NCBI GenBank assembly: GCA_965116925.1
Contig: OZ220744.1
Span: 4,928,001 to 4,992,000, forward strand
Origin: Candidatus Poribacteria bacterium
GTDB taxonomy: Bacteria > Poribacteria > WGA-4E > PCPOR2b
Reading direction: 5' to 3'
DNA: 64,000 nt
Numbering within the stretch: the first letter of the stretch is position 1; every line of letters starts with the position of its first letter. The notes beneath the pieces are model-generated. The model was not told where the DNA came from. It saw only the letters and a list, made by a program, of their open reading frames with translations, and ran no database searches. Positions 7,227 to 18,908 of this stretch are shown one piece after another. The position numbers were made by a program, and so were the translations under genes.

Positions 7227-10200
7227 GTTTCAATTCCACACTGGTTCGATTAAAAGCGGGTGATTGTGCTGGAGCTAACATGATAGATCCTCCGTGTTTC
7301 AATTCCACACTGGTTCGATTAAAAGAATTAACGATTGAAAATCATCATGTAAAACCGGACAACGTTTCAATTCCACACTGGTTCGATTAAAAGTCGTCGA
7401 TGTGCTTCTTTGCTTTCCGTCTGACTGCGTTTCAATTCCACACTGGTTCGATTAAAAGTAATGTCTACGATCTGTTTGAGCGTGTGCATACAGGTTTCAA
7501 TTCCACACTGGTTCGATTAAAAGTCGATTTTGTTGCAGAACACCGAGAGGTGCTTCTTTTGTTTCAATTCCACACTGGTTCGATTAAAAGTGCGTTGAGA
7601 TCATGATAGAGTTCTGATAAGAAGCGTGTTTCAATTCCACACTGGTTCGATTAAAAGTGTTCACGGATACCCGCTTCAAAACTTTTTGTAAGTTGTTTCA
7701 ATTCCACACTGGTTCGATTAAAAGATGGTCTTTTTCATCTCATCGACCACCGCCCCGTATTCGTTTCAATTCCACACTGGTTCGATTAAAAGGCGAAGTT
7801 TGCTGGACTGGAGATACCCGAACATCGTCCGTTTCAATTCCACACTGGTTCGATTAAAAGCATCTTTACCGACGCTGCATCAGGCAGGTATGGCAAGTTT
7901 CAATTCCACACTGGTTCGATTAAAAGTGGGACGCCCAATCGCAGGCGTGGTTGAGTGCGTCGAGTTTCAATTCCACACTGGTTCGATTAAAAGCGTAGCC
8001 GTGTCCCCAGAACGCGTTGCCTTGCCCGTGTTTCAATTCCACACTGGTTCGATTAAAAGTGGACAAAAATCCCTCGTAGGTCTTTTCGGTGATCGTTGTT
8101 TCAATTCCACACTGGTTCGATTAAAAGTGGTTTTCTTGAGATTATCAAGGTTGGCTTGGGTGTGTTTCAATTCCACACTGGTTCGATTAAAAGGAAGCAC
8201 TTTTCGGAGTGCGTTACTATCCAGTTCCAAGTTTCAATTCCACACTGGTTCGATTAAAAGCGGATGCGCCGTTTAACTTCATGCTCTGGGTAGTTTTCGT
8301 TTCAATTCCACACTGGTTCGATTAAAAGGATCCCGCAACGGTATCATCGCACGCTGATCGAGAGTTTCAATTCCACACTGGTTCGATTAAAAGCTTGAAC
8401 GTGAAAGAACTTGTGCAGGGGTAGCTCAGGTTTCAATTCCACACTGGTTCGATTAAAAGTGCCGTATCCATTCGCGCTCGTCTACGGGGATGTCGGGTTT
8501 CAATTCCACACTGGTTCGATTAAAAGATGCGCGTTGCGCGCTCGCTAGCTTCTCCTTGCTCAGTTTCAATTCCACACTGGTTCGATTAAAAGATGGTGTC
8601 AAGATATATTTTAGGGTCTTGGTTTCCGCGTTTCAATTCCACACTGGTTCGATTAAAAGTTAATCCCGATCCGATCGCTCAATGTATAAATCTTCTGAGT
8701 TTCAATTCCACACTGGTTCGATTAAAAGAAGTAATTCCAAAAGCTTTTCCTAAAGATTCTCAAAAGTTTCAATTCCACACTGGTTCGATTAAAAGGAATG
8801 TGAAGTTGCGGCTTGCTGAAATTGAAAAACAGTGTTTCAATTCCACACTGGTTCGATTAAAAGCAATGCGTGATTTGATTCTTTATACTCTTGCTAATCA
8901 GTTTCAATTCCACACTGGTTCGATTAAAAGGAGATTTGTTATACCCCTTATGAGATTCAGCACGGTTTCAATTCCACACTGGTTCGATTAAAAGGTGTCA
9001 TAAAGAATGTTGTGTGTGTCTGAGCGCGTGTTTCAATTCCACACTGGTTCGATTAAAAGGAATTGACAAATACCCGCGCAGGATACGGGATTTTGTAGTT
9101 TCAATTCCACACTGGTTCGATTAAAAGGATAGTCGCTCTGTATGTATCCCATACGAGCCTATCTGTTTCAATTCCACACTGGTTCGATTAAAAGAAAACT
9201 CAGGGGCAGCGGTGGCAGGAGCAACGGCATAGTTTCAATTCCACACTGGTTCGATTAAAAGGCGTGAGAACTTCCTGCCTGACCCCTCTGGTGAGGACGT
9301 TTCAATTCCACACTGGTTCGATTAAAAGGCGAAAAAGCAGTCGCCAACCTCAACTGCACAGGAAGTTTCAATTCCACACTGGTTCGATTAAAAGAGACAC
9401 GCACATCAACGGCAAGATGAAACTGTCCGAAGTTTCAATTCCACACTGGTTCGATTAAAAGGAGTTGCAAACGGTTGTTCGGTGAAGTCATATATCCAGT
9501 TTCAATTCCACACTGGTTCGATTAAAAGCGGGCGGAACGGTCTGCGTCCCACAACCTCATCGAAGTTTCAATTCCACACTGGTTCGATTAAAAGACGTTT
9601 GAGCATGACGGTGTGCAGGGGCGCGTCGATGGTTTCAATTCCACACTGGTTCGATTAAAAGACAATGGCGGAAAACTTTTTCGATCGTGCTGAAAACAGT
9701 TTCAATTCCACACTGGTTCGATTAAAAGCACAACGAAACGATTTACAAGTATCCATTGAAAGACAGTTTCAATTCCACACTGGTTCGATTAAAAGTGTCG
9801 CTTGGCAATACACCATCGGACACCAACACAGTTTCAATTCCACACTGGTTCGATTAAAAGTGGATGATCCCAATGATGATCCACCAACGAAAATAGACGT
9901 TTCAATTCCACACTGGTTCGATTAAAAGAAATCGAGAACATATCTCCTGAAATGTTGGGAAGATAGTTTCAATTCCACACTGGTTCGATTAAAAGTTTCG
10001 CTTTGTTCGCAATCTCAGTCTGCTCTGCTAAGGCTGTTTCAATTCCACACTGGTTCGATTAAAAGCAAAAACAAGTTTATATCCCAACCCATAGCAAGCG
10101 TTTGTTTCAATTCCACACTGGTTCGATTAAAAGCCCGACAAGTTTCGACGAGATCTTTAACGAAAACGAGTTTCAATTCCACACTGGTTCGATTAAAAGT

Positions 10201-12463
10201 CATCGTTACCCATTTATGCGTGTAACGCTTGTAAAGTTTCAATTCCACACTGGTTCGATTAAAAGTTGTCAGTGGGGGTCAGGTTGGGGTCTTGTAACGC
10301 TGTTTCAATTCCACACTGGTTCGATTAAAAGGCTTGTCTTATTTGTGCAGTGTTAGAAGATTGACTTGTTTCAATTCCACACTGGTTCGATTAAAAGTAC
10401 GCTTTGCTTTCTGGGTCTGCGTAGAAGTCTCTCAGGTTTCAATTCCACACTGGTTCGATTAAAAGGCCTGACAGCTTCATCAGCGATGAATTTAGCATAG
10501 GCGTTTCAATTCCACACTGGTTCGATTAAAAGCGGCATAAAAATCACCAACATTGCCAAGCGTTCCAGAGTTTCAATTCCACACTGGTTCGATTAAAAGA
10601 CCCGTTCCTCAGCGACAACCCATTCTCACAGATAGGTTTCAATTCCACACTGGTTCGATTAAAAGATCGCAGCATTCATCGGACAAGACCCGCGCATCGC
10701 AGTTTCAATTCCACACTGGTTCGATTAAAAGGACACCGGCATCACCGGCACATTCAAGGAGGAACAAGTTTCAATTCCACACTGGTTCGATTAAAAGAAA
10801 TCGCCAAAGCGCGACTTGAACACCACCGACTCCGGTTTCAATTCCACACTGGTTCGATTAAAAGCGAAACCAACGTCTTGATGCGGATCGAACTCCCATG
10901 TTTCAATTCCACACTGGTTCGATTAAAAGTCAGCAAACACATGCCGCTGCTGATACATTGCGTTCGTTTCAATTCCACACTGGTTCGATTAAAAGCTCGT
11001 GTGTATTATTCATGCCGTATGAAACATAACCATGTTTCAATTCCACACTGGTTCGATTAAAAGCAGAAAGACGATCACTATACGGGAACCAAAGCACTCG
11101 TTTCAATTCCACACTGGTTCGATTAAAAGCAGGGGTTGAAGCGGTGCCCGCAGTGGAACAATAAAGTTTCAATTCCACACTGGTTCGATTAAAAGATGGG
11201 GCGTACAGGTGGCTTAATCGATCTATTTATCAAGTTTCAATTCCACACTGGTTCGATTAAAAGCGGAAGCAAGGGCATCCCCCGCAAGAATCTCCGGGAC
11301 ATGTTTCAATTCCACACTGGTTCGATTAAAAGTTCCTCTGCCAACAGTTCCTCTACAGTTAGCAACGCGGTTTCAATTCCACACTGGTTCGATTAAAAGT
11401 CGGGGTTGCGTTTTTCGTTATACGCTGCGTGTTTTGTTTCAATTCCACACTGGTTCGATTAAAAGCATCAATTCTCGGTCGTAGTGGTCTTGTTTATCAG
11501 CAGTTTCAATTCCACACTGGTTCGATTAAAAGCGACCCACCGCCCATTATCGAGCAACGCTGCCTTTGTGTTTCAATTCCACACTGGTTCGATTAAAAGT
11601 AATATGGCGAATGCAATAAATACCTGATTTCATAAGTTTCAATTCCACACTGGTTCGATTAAAAGTGACAACTGAATAGGAGTAACACGATGAGTAACGA
11701 AGTTTCAATTCCACACTGGTTCGATTAAAAGAGGATTTGACCATCTCGATGCAGCAAGGGCGATACTGTTTCAATTCCACACTGGTTCGATTAAAAGAAT
11801 GGCAAGAGATACTCAGCCTTCGTGATTGGGAAGGTTTCAATTCCACACTGGTTCGATTAAAAGCCGTATGTACTCAAGCCCAAACATGATAGGGAGCCGG
11901 GTTTCAATTCCACACTGGTTCGATTAAAAGTTGATAGAACTTCGGCAGCTCAATGATACGTACTCTCGTTTCAATTCCACACTGGTTCGATTAAAAGTCG
12001 AATGACCCAAGAAAAGCGGGGCAAGCTCTTCGGGTTTCAATTCCACACTGGTTCGATTAAAAGTCGCCTGCCCAATGTGGACGCCGTGACAGAGCGCGAT
12101 CGTTTCAATTCCACACTGGTTCGATTAAAAGCTATCTCCGCAACATTGACTTCAACATCTTGGATCTCAGTTTCAATTCCACACTGGTTCGATTAAAAGT
12201 CACATGGTCGTTTAACGATCGAACATGGGTCGTGTTTCAATTCCACACTGGTTCGATTAAAAGCGGCTGTCCATGAGGGAAGATACAACGGCGTGATCCC
12301 CAGTTTCAATTCCACACTGGTTCGATTAAAAGTCAAACTCACCCCGCACTTGGGGCTGTTTATTCATGGTTTCAATTCCACACTGGTTCGATTAAAAGTG
12401 AGAACAAAGAGCTGCGCGCGAAAGTAAAGGCATGTTTCAATTCCACACTGGTTCGATTAAAAG
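7227..12463 (-). CRISPR. Type I-B CRISPR array, leader-proximal segment (about 79 repeats)
   Basis: Same 30-bp repeat with about 66-67 bp period; hand count. Confidence 0.98.
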
Positions 12464-12718
12464 CCCGAACAATCAACAAAAAATATTATACAAAACCCGC
12501 GCTATTTCTACAAGGAAAAAATTGCCGCTACCTTCAAAAGTCGTCAACGTCCGATTGTGTAAAATTGACGGGAGGTTGACGAGATCGCATGGTTACGCCT
12601 CAAGTCAATAATATTTGAATAAAAGGGGTGCCTTGCGAAGTAAGAAAACTGCCTCAGAAATTGAGGTTGACGACTCACCATCCGAGTGAAAACACCTCAA
12701 TCCCTTGTCGTATCTCTG
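12464..12718 (-). promoter_or_regulatory. CRISPR leader with promoter
   Basis: Non-coding, between cas2 and first repeat; minus strand TTGTAG(12513-12508)-17 bp-TATAAT(12490-12485) with extended TG; repeated GTTGACGA motifs. Confidence 0.85.
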
Positions 12719-12982
12719 TTATAAAAGGTTTGTCACCGGGTTCTTTTCGATGCCAATAACCTGTTTGTCCATCCATTTTTCATGGCGCATTTGGTAGATG
12801 AGCACCGAATCTTCGCTGTCGTCAATAATTCCTAAAAGCCCCGATTTCACCCGCGCAAGTTGAGCCTTTGTCAACTCACCTTCAAAGACGGAGTTTTGGA
12901 CCCAGTTGAGGTGTTGACGCAGGTATTTGCAGACCTTTGCAACCCGCTTCACATCAATGTCATAAACAATAATGACATACAT
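12719..12982 (-). CDS. cas2: CRISPR-associated endonuclease Cas2
   Basis: MYVIIVYDI...WVQNSVFEGEL; start trimmed to ATG 12982 with GGAGA SD. Confidence 0.97.
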   Translation of the reverse strand: MYVIIVYDIDVKRVAKVCKYLRQHLNWVQNSVFEGELTKAQLARVKSGLLGIIDDSEDSVLIYQMRHEKWMDKQVIGIEKNPVTNLL

Positions 12983-13023
12983 AACAATTGTCTCCGTTTT
13001 CTTGCAGCACCATACCGGCATAA

Positions 13024-13047
13024 GGCGGGGCAAGATGCCCCGCCTAC
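13024..13047. repeat. REP-like hairpin GGCGGGGCAAGATGCCCCGCCTAC, copy 1
   Basis: Identical copy at 24801-24824. Confidence 0.85.
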
Positions 13048-13060
13048 CTGCAACACTATT

Positions 13061-14056
13061 TTACCACCATGCCCGGAATGCCTGATAGGCTTCCATGCCT
13101 GTCAAGTGCTTGATCAATTTGTAGCATTCGAGGCGGATTAGGCGCTGGTAGGACACCTTCCGTTTCAATTTTCGATGGTCAATGGTCTGCTTGAGTTGCT
13201 CATCGAAGGCTTGGAGAAACAGTTGTCTCCCATTCTCATTCAGATAGCAGCCGCCCGTCTCGGTTTCAAAGTGCTTTGACTCTTTGAGTTGTCCTCGATT
13301 GAACAGCCGGAAAATGACTCGATCAACAATGATTGGTTTGAAGATTTCCGCCAGATCGAGGCTCAAAGAGAATCGCCGTTCCCCCGGTTCATGTAGGAAA
13401 CTGATTGTCGGGTTGAGTTGTGTTCGATAGATCTCCGTCAGGCAAGCGGTATACATCAGTGAATTACCGAACGAAATCGCGGCGTTAATGGGGTTATCGG
13501 GTGGTTGGCGAACTCGTTTCTCAAAAGGGGTTTGAAGATCGATAATGGCGTTAAAAGCGCGATAGTAGGTTTCGCGGATATTTCCCTCATATCCCATTAG
13601 TTCGTCGACGCGCTGCGCGTACGGAATCTCAGCTTCAATTGATTCAATGATACTCAGCTGCTCGGAACAATCGCTGTCACGGTTCGCACGGTAACGCAGG
13701 TTTCGCAGGATATTTGCCACCGCCGCTGAAACAAATTCACGGGCAATCGGTAGACGTTTCGACTTCCGTTCATAGTGCTGCACCTGCTTAACCGTTAGGA
13801 ATCCAGAGTTCAGGTATTCGCGCGGATAGTAGGTGCCAGAATAGTAGCCGTAGTAGTTGAAAATGTGAATGGGTATATGCTTCTGCGCCATGAAGTTGAG
13901 AAGCCGTGTGTTTAGGTCTAGTTCTCCGTACAGGTAGAATGCATCCACATCCTCTATCGGAATCGGCACACGCGAACCGTCCTCTTTTTCGAGATAGATG
14001 GTGTTATCCTTTCGGCGCAATCTACCGGACTGGCTGATGTAGTAATTGCGGGACAT
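13061..14056 (-). CDS. cas1: Type I-B Cas1 integrase
   Basis: GRLRRKDNT, FNYYGYYSG, ISFGNSLMY, SFLHEPGERRFSLSLDLAEIFKP, C-terminal FRAWW. Confidence 0.98.
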   Translation of the reverse strand: MSRNYYISQSGRLRRKDNTIYLEKEDGSRVPIPIEDVDAFYLYGELDLNTRLLNFMAQKHIPIHIFNYYGYYSGTYYPREYLNSGFLTVKQVQHYERKSKRLPIAREFVSAAVANILRNLRYRANRDSDCSEQLSIIESIEAEIPYAQRVDELMGYEGNIRETYYRAFNAIIDLQTPFEKRVRQPPDNPINAAISFGNSLMYTACLTEIYRTQLNPTISFLHEPGERRFSLSLDLAEIFKPIIVDRVIFRLFNRGQLKESKHFETETGGCYLNENGRQLFLQAFDEQLKQTIDHRKLKRKVSYQRLIRLECYKLIKHLTGMEAYQAFRAWW

Positions 14057-14196
14057 GGCTGTTCTCCTCCTTTATTTCCAATTATAGAACCAATGGTGCT
14101 AGTTTGCAGTTGCTGATAACGTGAAACGTGATGCGTAATAGGGGGTTGGCTGTGCATTGGGAGTGTTTAAGTAATTCTAAAATCTACCAAAGATAG

Positions 14197-14228
14197 AGAA
14201 ACCGAGTTTTCAAAAAAACTCGGTTTCT
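14197..14228. repeat. Hairpin between cas4 and cas1
   Basis: AGAAACCGAGTTTT-CAAA-AAAACTCGGTTTCT, 14-bp perfect stem. Confidence 0.7.
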
Positions 14229-14236
14229 GATGCCTT

Positions 14237-14746
14237 TCAACTCCAACATAATTCCATATAGCTGCACGATTTACAGATTTTCATAAACTCCACATCTGGA
14301 GGCGTTGGCAGGTCGGAGATTGCTTTGACCTCTTTGATCGCTTCCTCGACTTTGCGCTCTTTCTCTGGAGTTAATTCGATCTCAACAGTTCGTCGTTGGC
14401 GTGGGTAGTTGATAACCCCTTTCCGATTCGGCACCCCCTTCTGCTTGAGCAGATAGAGGTAGTAGAGAATTTGCATTTCGTGCGCCCTCTCCATCGTTTT
14501 CCCCGACTTGACATCATGTAGAATGCCGTCTTTGTCGACGAAGTCAATACGGATGAGGTCATCGATCAAGCGTTCCTTCCGTTTTTCACGGCTGTAACTG
14601 TCCTCGTGTAGCAGTTGTCCCATGGAAACGAGGTCTGAGGTGTGTTCCATTTCAATGTGGTTCTGGAAGAACCAGAGTTTTCGTGGGCAGACGTGGAGGT
14701 AGTTGATTGTTGTGCCGGTGATGCGGGGTTGATCTGGGTTTTGCAT
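14237..14746 (-). CDS. cas4: Cas4 (RecB-like nuclease, Fe-S)
   Basis: CPRKLW, IRIDF..HDVK, QILYYLY, CKSCSYMELC. Confidence 0.97.
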   Translation of the reverse strand: MQNPDQPRITGTTINYLHVCPRKLWFFQNHIEMEHTSDLVSMGQLLHEDSYSREKRKERLIDDLIRIDFVDKDGILHDVKSGKTMERAHEMQILYYLYLLKQKGVPNRKGVINYPRQRRTVEIELTPEKERKVEEAIKEVKAISDLPTPPDVEFMKICKSCSYMELCWS

Positions 14747-14807
14747 TGATTTCTTCCCTTTAGTGATGTAGGCAGATATGGACGACCTCTATCTTTGCAA
14801 GCTAAGG

Positions 14808-17057
14808 TTACAGGAGGTTCGTGCTCTGTTCATCTACGAGCAACCCGAGTGTTTCATCATAGGTGACTTTTACGAACCACTGACCTAAGCGTTCGTTTTC
14901 ATAGAGTTGTCCCTCTCGGTGTAATCGTACAAATTGGCTATGACTAATTTGGGCGATGTAAGCCCGGGCTTCATAATACTGGCGTGCGGCAACTTCCGCT
15001 AAGAAATCCTCTTCGTAAACGGCCGGAACAACTTCAACGCTCTTGAAGAGTTCGTTAAATTCTTTTCGGTTTGATGCATCTTCAATGAAAGGGACGACGC
15101 TTTGTAAATGCCGTTCAAAGGCTCGTCTTGCATTATCAAACTTGTCCTGTTCTTTTTGATCGTAGCCGTGGCAATAGACTTCGTCAATTAGGCTCTGAAT
15201 TTTCGATTCGTACAGGACATCAATAGGCGCGAAGGCGCGTAAAGTTCGTTGAATCTTGTCATTGGAATAGATGAAGTGATCGTTTTCGCCGCCCTCACGG
15301 CAGATACAGACATCGCAGAGATCTTTTTCGCGTTTTCGGTTGATTCGCCCGAAACGTTGGATAAGGGCATCTATTGGTGCCGGTTCTGAAAAGAGGCAGT
15401 CAAAATCAATGTCAAGTGAAACCTCAACTGCCTGTGTGCCAACGAGTAAATCTGCGTCGTCAAGTTTCTTTTCAATTCGTTCGCGGTCGCGAAGAATAAA
15501 TAGACTGTGAAGAAGTTTGGGATTTTCCGCGACATATTGCAATTCCTCAAACATGGTTTGTGCTTGGCGAACAGTATTGCAAACAACTAACACCCGTTGC
15601 CCCTGTGCCAGTTGTTCCTCAATCAACGAAATTGCATCGTGAATGTTTCCATCAAGCAATCGAATTCGGTGCCGGGTGAATTGGTCCCTTTCGGCGGCTG
15701 GCATTTCAATCTGTGACATCTCACCGAGGGCTTGGTTAAACATCTGCTTGAGAAACTGCGGCATTGTGGCAGTCATAATGCAGAACTTGGCATCATAATC
15801 GTGGTGTAGGCATTCCAGCATTGTTAGGATCAGCGCGGTCGTGTGTGGGTCATAAGCATGAATTTCGTCAAAGATGAACAAACCGGCTGCCATCTCTGCG
15901 AATTGCATCTCAAAACCGCGCATTCCAAAAAAGGCTTTCAGGAGTTGAAAGGGAGTCAACACTTTGTAGGGGCGACAAATTTTTCGGGTTAGGTTCTGTT
16001 CTATCCGGGCCGATGCAGCGGCAGCTTGAGGTGTGTAGTCCTTGTCAACGAGTGCTTGATAGACAAAGTAGGCAGCTTTGCCGTGCAGTACACCGATTTT
16101 CTCATCGGAAACCAACTTTGTTAGGCGTTTATACATTGCATTAATGCTAGCGGTATAGGGTAAAACGTAAAAGACCCGATTCCCTAGGGTTTCCACCTGA
16201 TTATTAGCTGACCAGAGGAGGGCAGCCTCCGTTTTTCCGGATCCGGTAGGGGCTGAGAGCATAAGCTGTCCTGTGATTTCTCCAGATGCTTCTTGAAAGC
16301 GTTCCCAACCGTGAAAGTGCCTGCCCTTCTCCTCTGCCCTTTTTTCAACAAATTGAGATAACCGGTTTTCGAGGTTTCCAAGAGCGGTGTGGATTTCGTT
16401 TTTTCCGGCGGATGCAAGGTGATCACACGCAATCATACAGCCGCGGAGAAGCATCCCGTATGTGCCATGCAAGGGGGTTAATTTTCCTTTCTTAATAGCA
16501 TTCCGGTAGGGTAGCAGAAAATCACGATAGCCGTTAAGAAGCTGCTCAGTTGAGGTAACTGGTGCCCAGACACAATTCTCTGTAAGGCAGCAACAAGAGA
16601 CCTGCTCTTGAATTGTCATCAAAGCCACCCAATTCGGTTTTAATTCTGCGATTCGGTCTCTCCAAACTTGAAACCCATCGGTACTCTCAGGATAGTGCCG
16701 ATATGTGTGTCTAAGGATGTTAATGTCTTTATGATGTGTTAAAATAGTAAGCCCAATTGCCTGTTTTGCCTTCTGCGAGAGTTGGAGTCCGGCTACGAAC
16801 CCCGCGGACAGGATTTCGTGGCGATAGTTCCACCGGGTGCCGGTAGTGAGTTGGCGTTGGAAACCAGTGGCGGCTTTTCCGAAATCGTGAAGTGCTACGG
16901 TGTAGAAAAGGTGTTCAAAGAAATCAGGCTCTTTCGCAACCTCAGCTAAAAAGGGCATCCGTTCCCGGAGGCTATCATATACCGCAAGGCAATTCTCCGT
17001 ATGTTCGCGAAGGGTTTCCGTTGGGGCACTTTTGGCAAGTAAAGGGGGCATGTTCAT
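14808..17057 (-). CDS. cas3: Cas3 HD nuclease-helicase
   Basis: LHDFGKA HD domain, APTGSGKT, DEIH, QRFGRINR. Confidence 0.98.
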   Translation of the reverse strand: MNMPPLLAKSAPTETLREHTENCLAVYDSLRERMPFLAEVAKEPDFFEHLFYTVALHDFGKAATGFQRQLTTGTRWNYRHEILSAGFVAGLQLSQKAKQAIGLTILTHHKDINILRHTYRHYPESTDGFQVWRDRIAELKPNWVALMTIQEQVSCCCLTENCVWAPVTSTEQLLNGYRDFLLPYRNAIKKGKLTPLHGTYGMLLRGCMIACDHLASAGKNEIHTALGNLENRLSQFVEKRAEEKGRHFHGWERFQEASGEITGQLMLSAPTGSGKTEAALLWSANNQVETLGNRVFYVLPYTASINAMYKRLTKLVSDEKIGVLHGKAAYFVYQALVDKDYTPQAAAASARIEQNLTRKICRPYKVLTPFQLLKAFFGMRGFEMQFAEMAAGLFIFDEIHAYDPHTTALILTMLECLHHDYDAKFCIMTATMPQFLKQMFNQALGEMSQIEMPAAERDQFTRHRIRLLDGNIHDAISLIEEQLAQGQRVLVVCNTVRQAQTMFEELQYVAENPKLLHSLFILRDRERIEKKLDDADLLVGTQAVEVSLDIDFDCLFSEPAPIDALIQRFGRINRKREKDLCDVCICREGGENDHFIYSNDKIQRTLRAFAPIDVLYESKIQSLIDEVYCHGYDQKEQDKFDNARRAFERHLQSVVPFIEDASNRKEFNELFKSVEVVPAVYEEDFLAEVAARQYYEARAYIAQISHSQFVRLHREGQLYENERLGQWFVKVTYDETLGLLVDEQSTNLL

Positions 17058-17872
17058 TTTCCAGTCAGCTCAAGGCCGGGGAGTAACATTTGCTCTCCAT
17101 CCACCCCAGCAACTTCAAAATCCTTGTCAACTTGATTTCTAATTCGTGGGCTTTGCTCAGTTGGGATCGGAAAATCTCCTGGGATGCGTTCGTGCAAATA
17201 GACACCCCAATTCTTCTCCGAATCGTATAAAGCCTCACCGTGGTAGTCAATCTTTTTCGTCAAGAGACAGTAAGCGCGGATACCACAAGGTTGGCGTGGG
17301 ATTTCCGCCGTGAAATGGGTAGGCAGGGCTTGAATCTGTCCATAAATCTGCGGGTGAGGAAAAGGGAGCAATGTATCTTGAAAGGTTGTTTCTGATACAT
17401 TCTCCAGTTCGATTTCCTCTATTGATGTCACCGTCGCCAAATCTGTAGAACGCCCCAAGAGCAACGGATACCGTGGTCGTTCAAATGCATCCTTCAACCA
17501 CGTATCGGGTGTATAGAGATAGAGTTGGGGTGCAACAAGAAACTCCCGTTTTTTTATGTTGGGATTCATACGCATTGAGTACAAAATCCTTGATGAAGCG
17601 AGGTTGGATTGTTGTCTGTTTATCTTGGAATTCGGGCTCAACGTGCTGTCAAACTCGTAGACAGTTTCTAGATCAACGGCTTTTCCTTCACTCTGAAAGA
17701 CAAACCCAACAGCGGCATCGTGTGGCGTTACCCAATCCCCTTTTGCAGCAGTTAGGAGTCCATAAATTGCCGAAAGAGGAGGCAGGGGCAGCGTTGGTTG
17801 AAATCCGCTAATAAATAGCGGATTCCGAAACGACGTGACCCAGCCGGTAATATGAACACGAATCACCTTCAT
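17054..17872 (-). CDS. cas5: Type I-B Cas5 with C-terminal extension
   Basis: GWVTSFR...PTLPLPPLSAIYGLL...LLLGRSTDLA; ATG 17872 overlaps the cas7 stop (ATGA). Confidence 0.93.
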   Translation of the reverse strand: MKVIRVHITGWVTSFRNPLFISGFQPTLPLPPLSAIYGLLTAAKGDWVTPHDAAVGFVFQSEGKAVDLETVYEFDSTLSPNSKINRQQSNLASSRILYSMRMNPNIKKREFLVAPQLYLYTPDTWLKDAFERPRYPLLLGRSTDLATVTSIEEIELENVSETTFQDTLLPFPHPQIYGQIQALPTHFTAEIPRQPCGIRAYCLLTKKIDYHGEALYDSEKNWGVYLHERIPGDFPIPTEQSPRIRNQVDKDFEVAGVDGEQMLLPGLELTGK

Positions 17873-18906
17873 GGTGTATCTCCCATGTGTTCTTCCAACT
17901 TTTGTGCGAGTTGGGCGATTACCCTGTTTGGCGAATCGTAAACAACTTCGCATGGCAGACCTGTCTCCCTTGCCAATTCACTTAGTTTTGGGTGCAAATC
18001 ATCCATGAACCCACTACGTCTTCCAATGTAAATGGAATCAAGGAACCGGTCCGCATAGTCCTCTATGACTTCGCGCAGTGCCAAGAGGCTTAACTGCCCG
18101 GCCCCTTCCTGTTCAACCATCAGGTTCATGAAGGGGTGATTCCCACCATCAAGGACTGACAGAATAATCAGCTTAGGCGTAACATCGGTGAGGTGCGATG
18201 TCAGTTTGGCTCCGCCGCTGAGGAGTGGGAGTGCTTCAAGTGTTTGTCGGCATCGCCGGAGGCGGATGTCCTTCGGAAGGACCCATGTTGATCTTTCATC
18301 TTCCCTTGTGCCACCTGCGTCCTGAATCGTCGGGATATAACTGGCGGCAATGTTCTTATAGCCCGTTCTGTTGACATCCGAAAACGTGCCAACCGCGCTA
18401 AGATCAAGGGAAAAGATACCTTGCAGGACACAGGAATAAAATTGGTGTTCATAAGGCACTGGGTCGCCTTCCTGGCGTGCCATAACTCCCCAATCGTCCG
18501 TTGGAATTTGGGGCTCAATCGAAATGAGCGGCGAACATTTAAGGGGTGATAAACGGGTTACCGTCAGATCGACTTTTTGCTTCCCTTCTCCCTCACTTTG
18601 TGCACGCATATAGCCAAAGACATCGTCGTCGTCGTATGTCACCGGATCCACTTTGGTATAAGCAATTTTGTCGTCGCGTCCTATAGGCGAACTTTTCCAC
18701 TCGTCAAATTCCTGATCCAGCGTGGTCCGCCACCAATTTCGCCAAGCTTGGCCGGAAACATAGGGATAGATGTTTCGCCTTCGTCCTTTTTTTAGCGTTT
18801 TGACAACAACTACATTATCGTTCGCCCGGTCCCTTGGTCTCTCGGCGTTATTCAAAGCCGAATAAGGGGCATCAATAAGGGCTAATCCAATAAGGTGCTT
18901 AGACAT
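17869..18906 (-). CDS. cas7: Type I-B Cas7 (Cst2/DevR-like)
   Basis: YPYVSGQAWRNWWR, DDDVFGYMRA, TRLSPL, GGAKLTSHLTDVTP. Confidence 0.95.
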   Translation of the reverse strand: MSKHLIGLALIDAPYSALNNAERPRDRANDNVVVVKTLKKGRRRNIYPYVSGQAWRNWWRTTLDQEFDEWKSSPIGRDDKIAYTKVDPVTYDDDDVFGYMRAQSEGEGKQKVDLTVTRLSPLKCSPLISIEPQIPTDDWGVMARQEGDPVPYEHQFYSCVLQGIFSLDLSAVGTFSDVNRTGYKNIAASYIPTIQDAGGTREDERSTWVLPKDIRLRRCRQTLEALPLLSGGAKLTSHLTDVTPKLIILSVLDGGNHPFMNLMVEQEGAGQLSLLALREVIEDYADRFLDSIYIGRRSGFMDDLHPKLSELARETGLPCEVVYDSPNRVIAQLAQKLEEHMGDTP

Positions 18907-18908
18907 GA

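Noticed and set aside
3911..12196. Many short ORFs with FQFHTGSIK / FNSTLVRLK / FNRTSVELK
   Set aside because: Translations of the CRISPR repeat.
3960..12433. Self-targeting spacers against genes in the window
   Set aside because: None noticed by eye apart from the trailer similarity; an exhaustive alignment could not be run, so this is untested rather than excluded.
14075..14110. Weak repeat-like sequence (ATAGAACCAATGG) upstream of cas1 as a mini-array or CreA-type element
   Set aside because: Short match, opposite orientation, no ATTGAAAC handle and no second copy.
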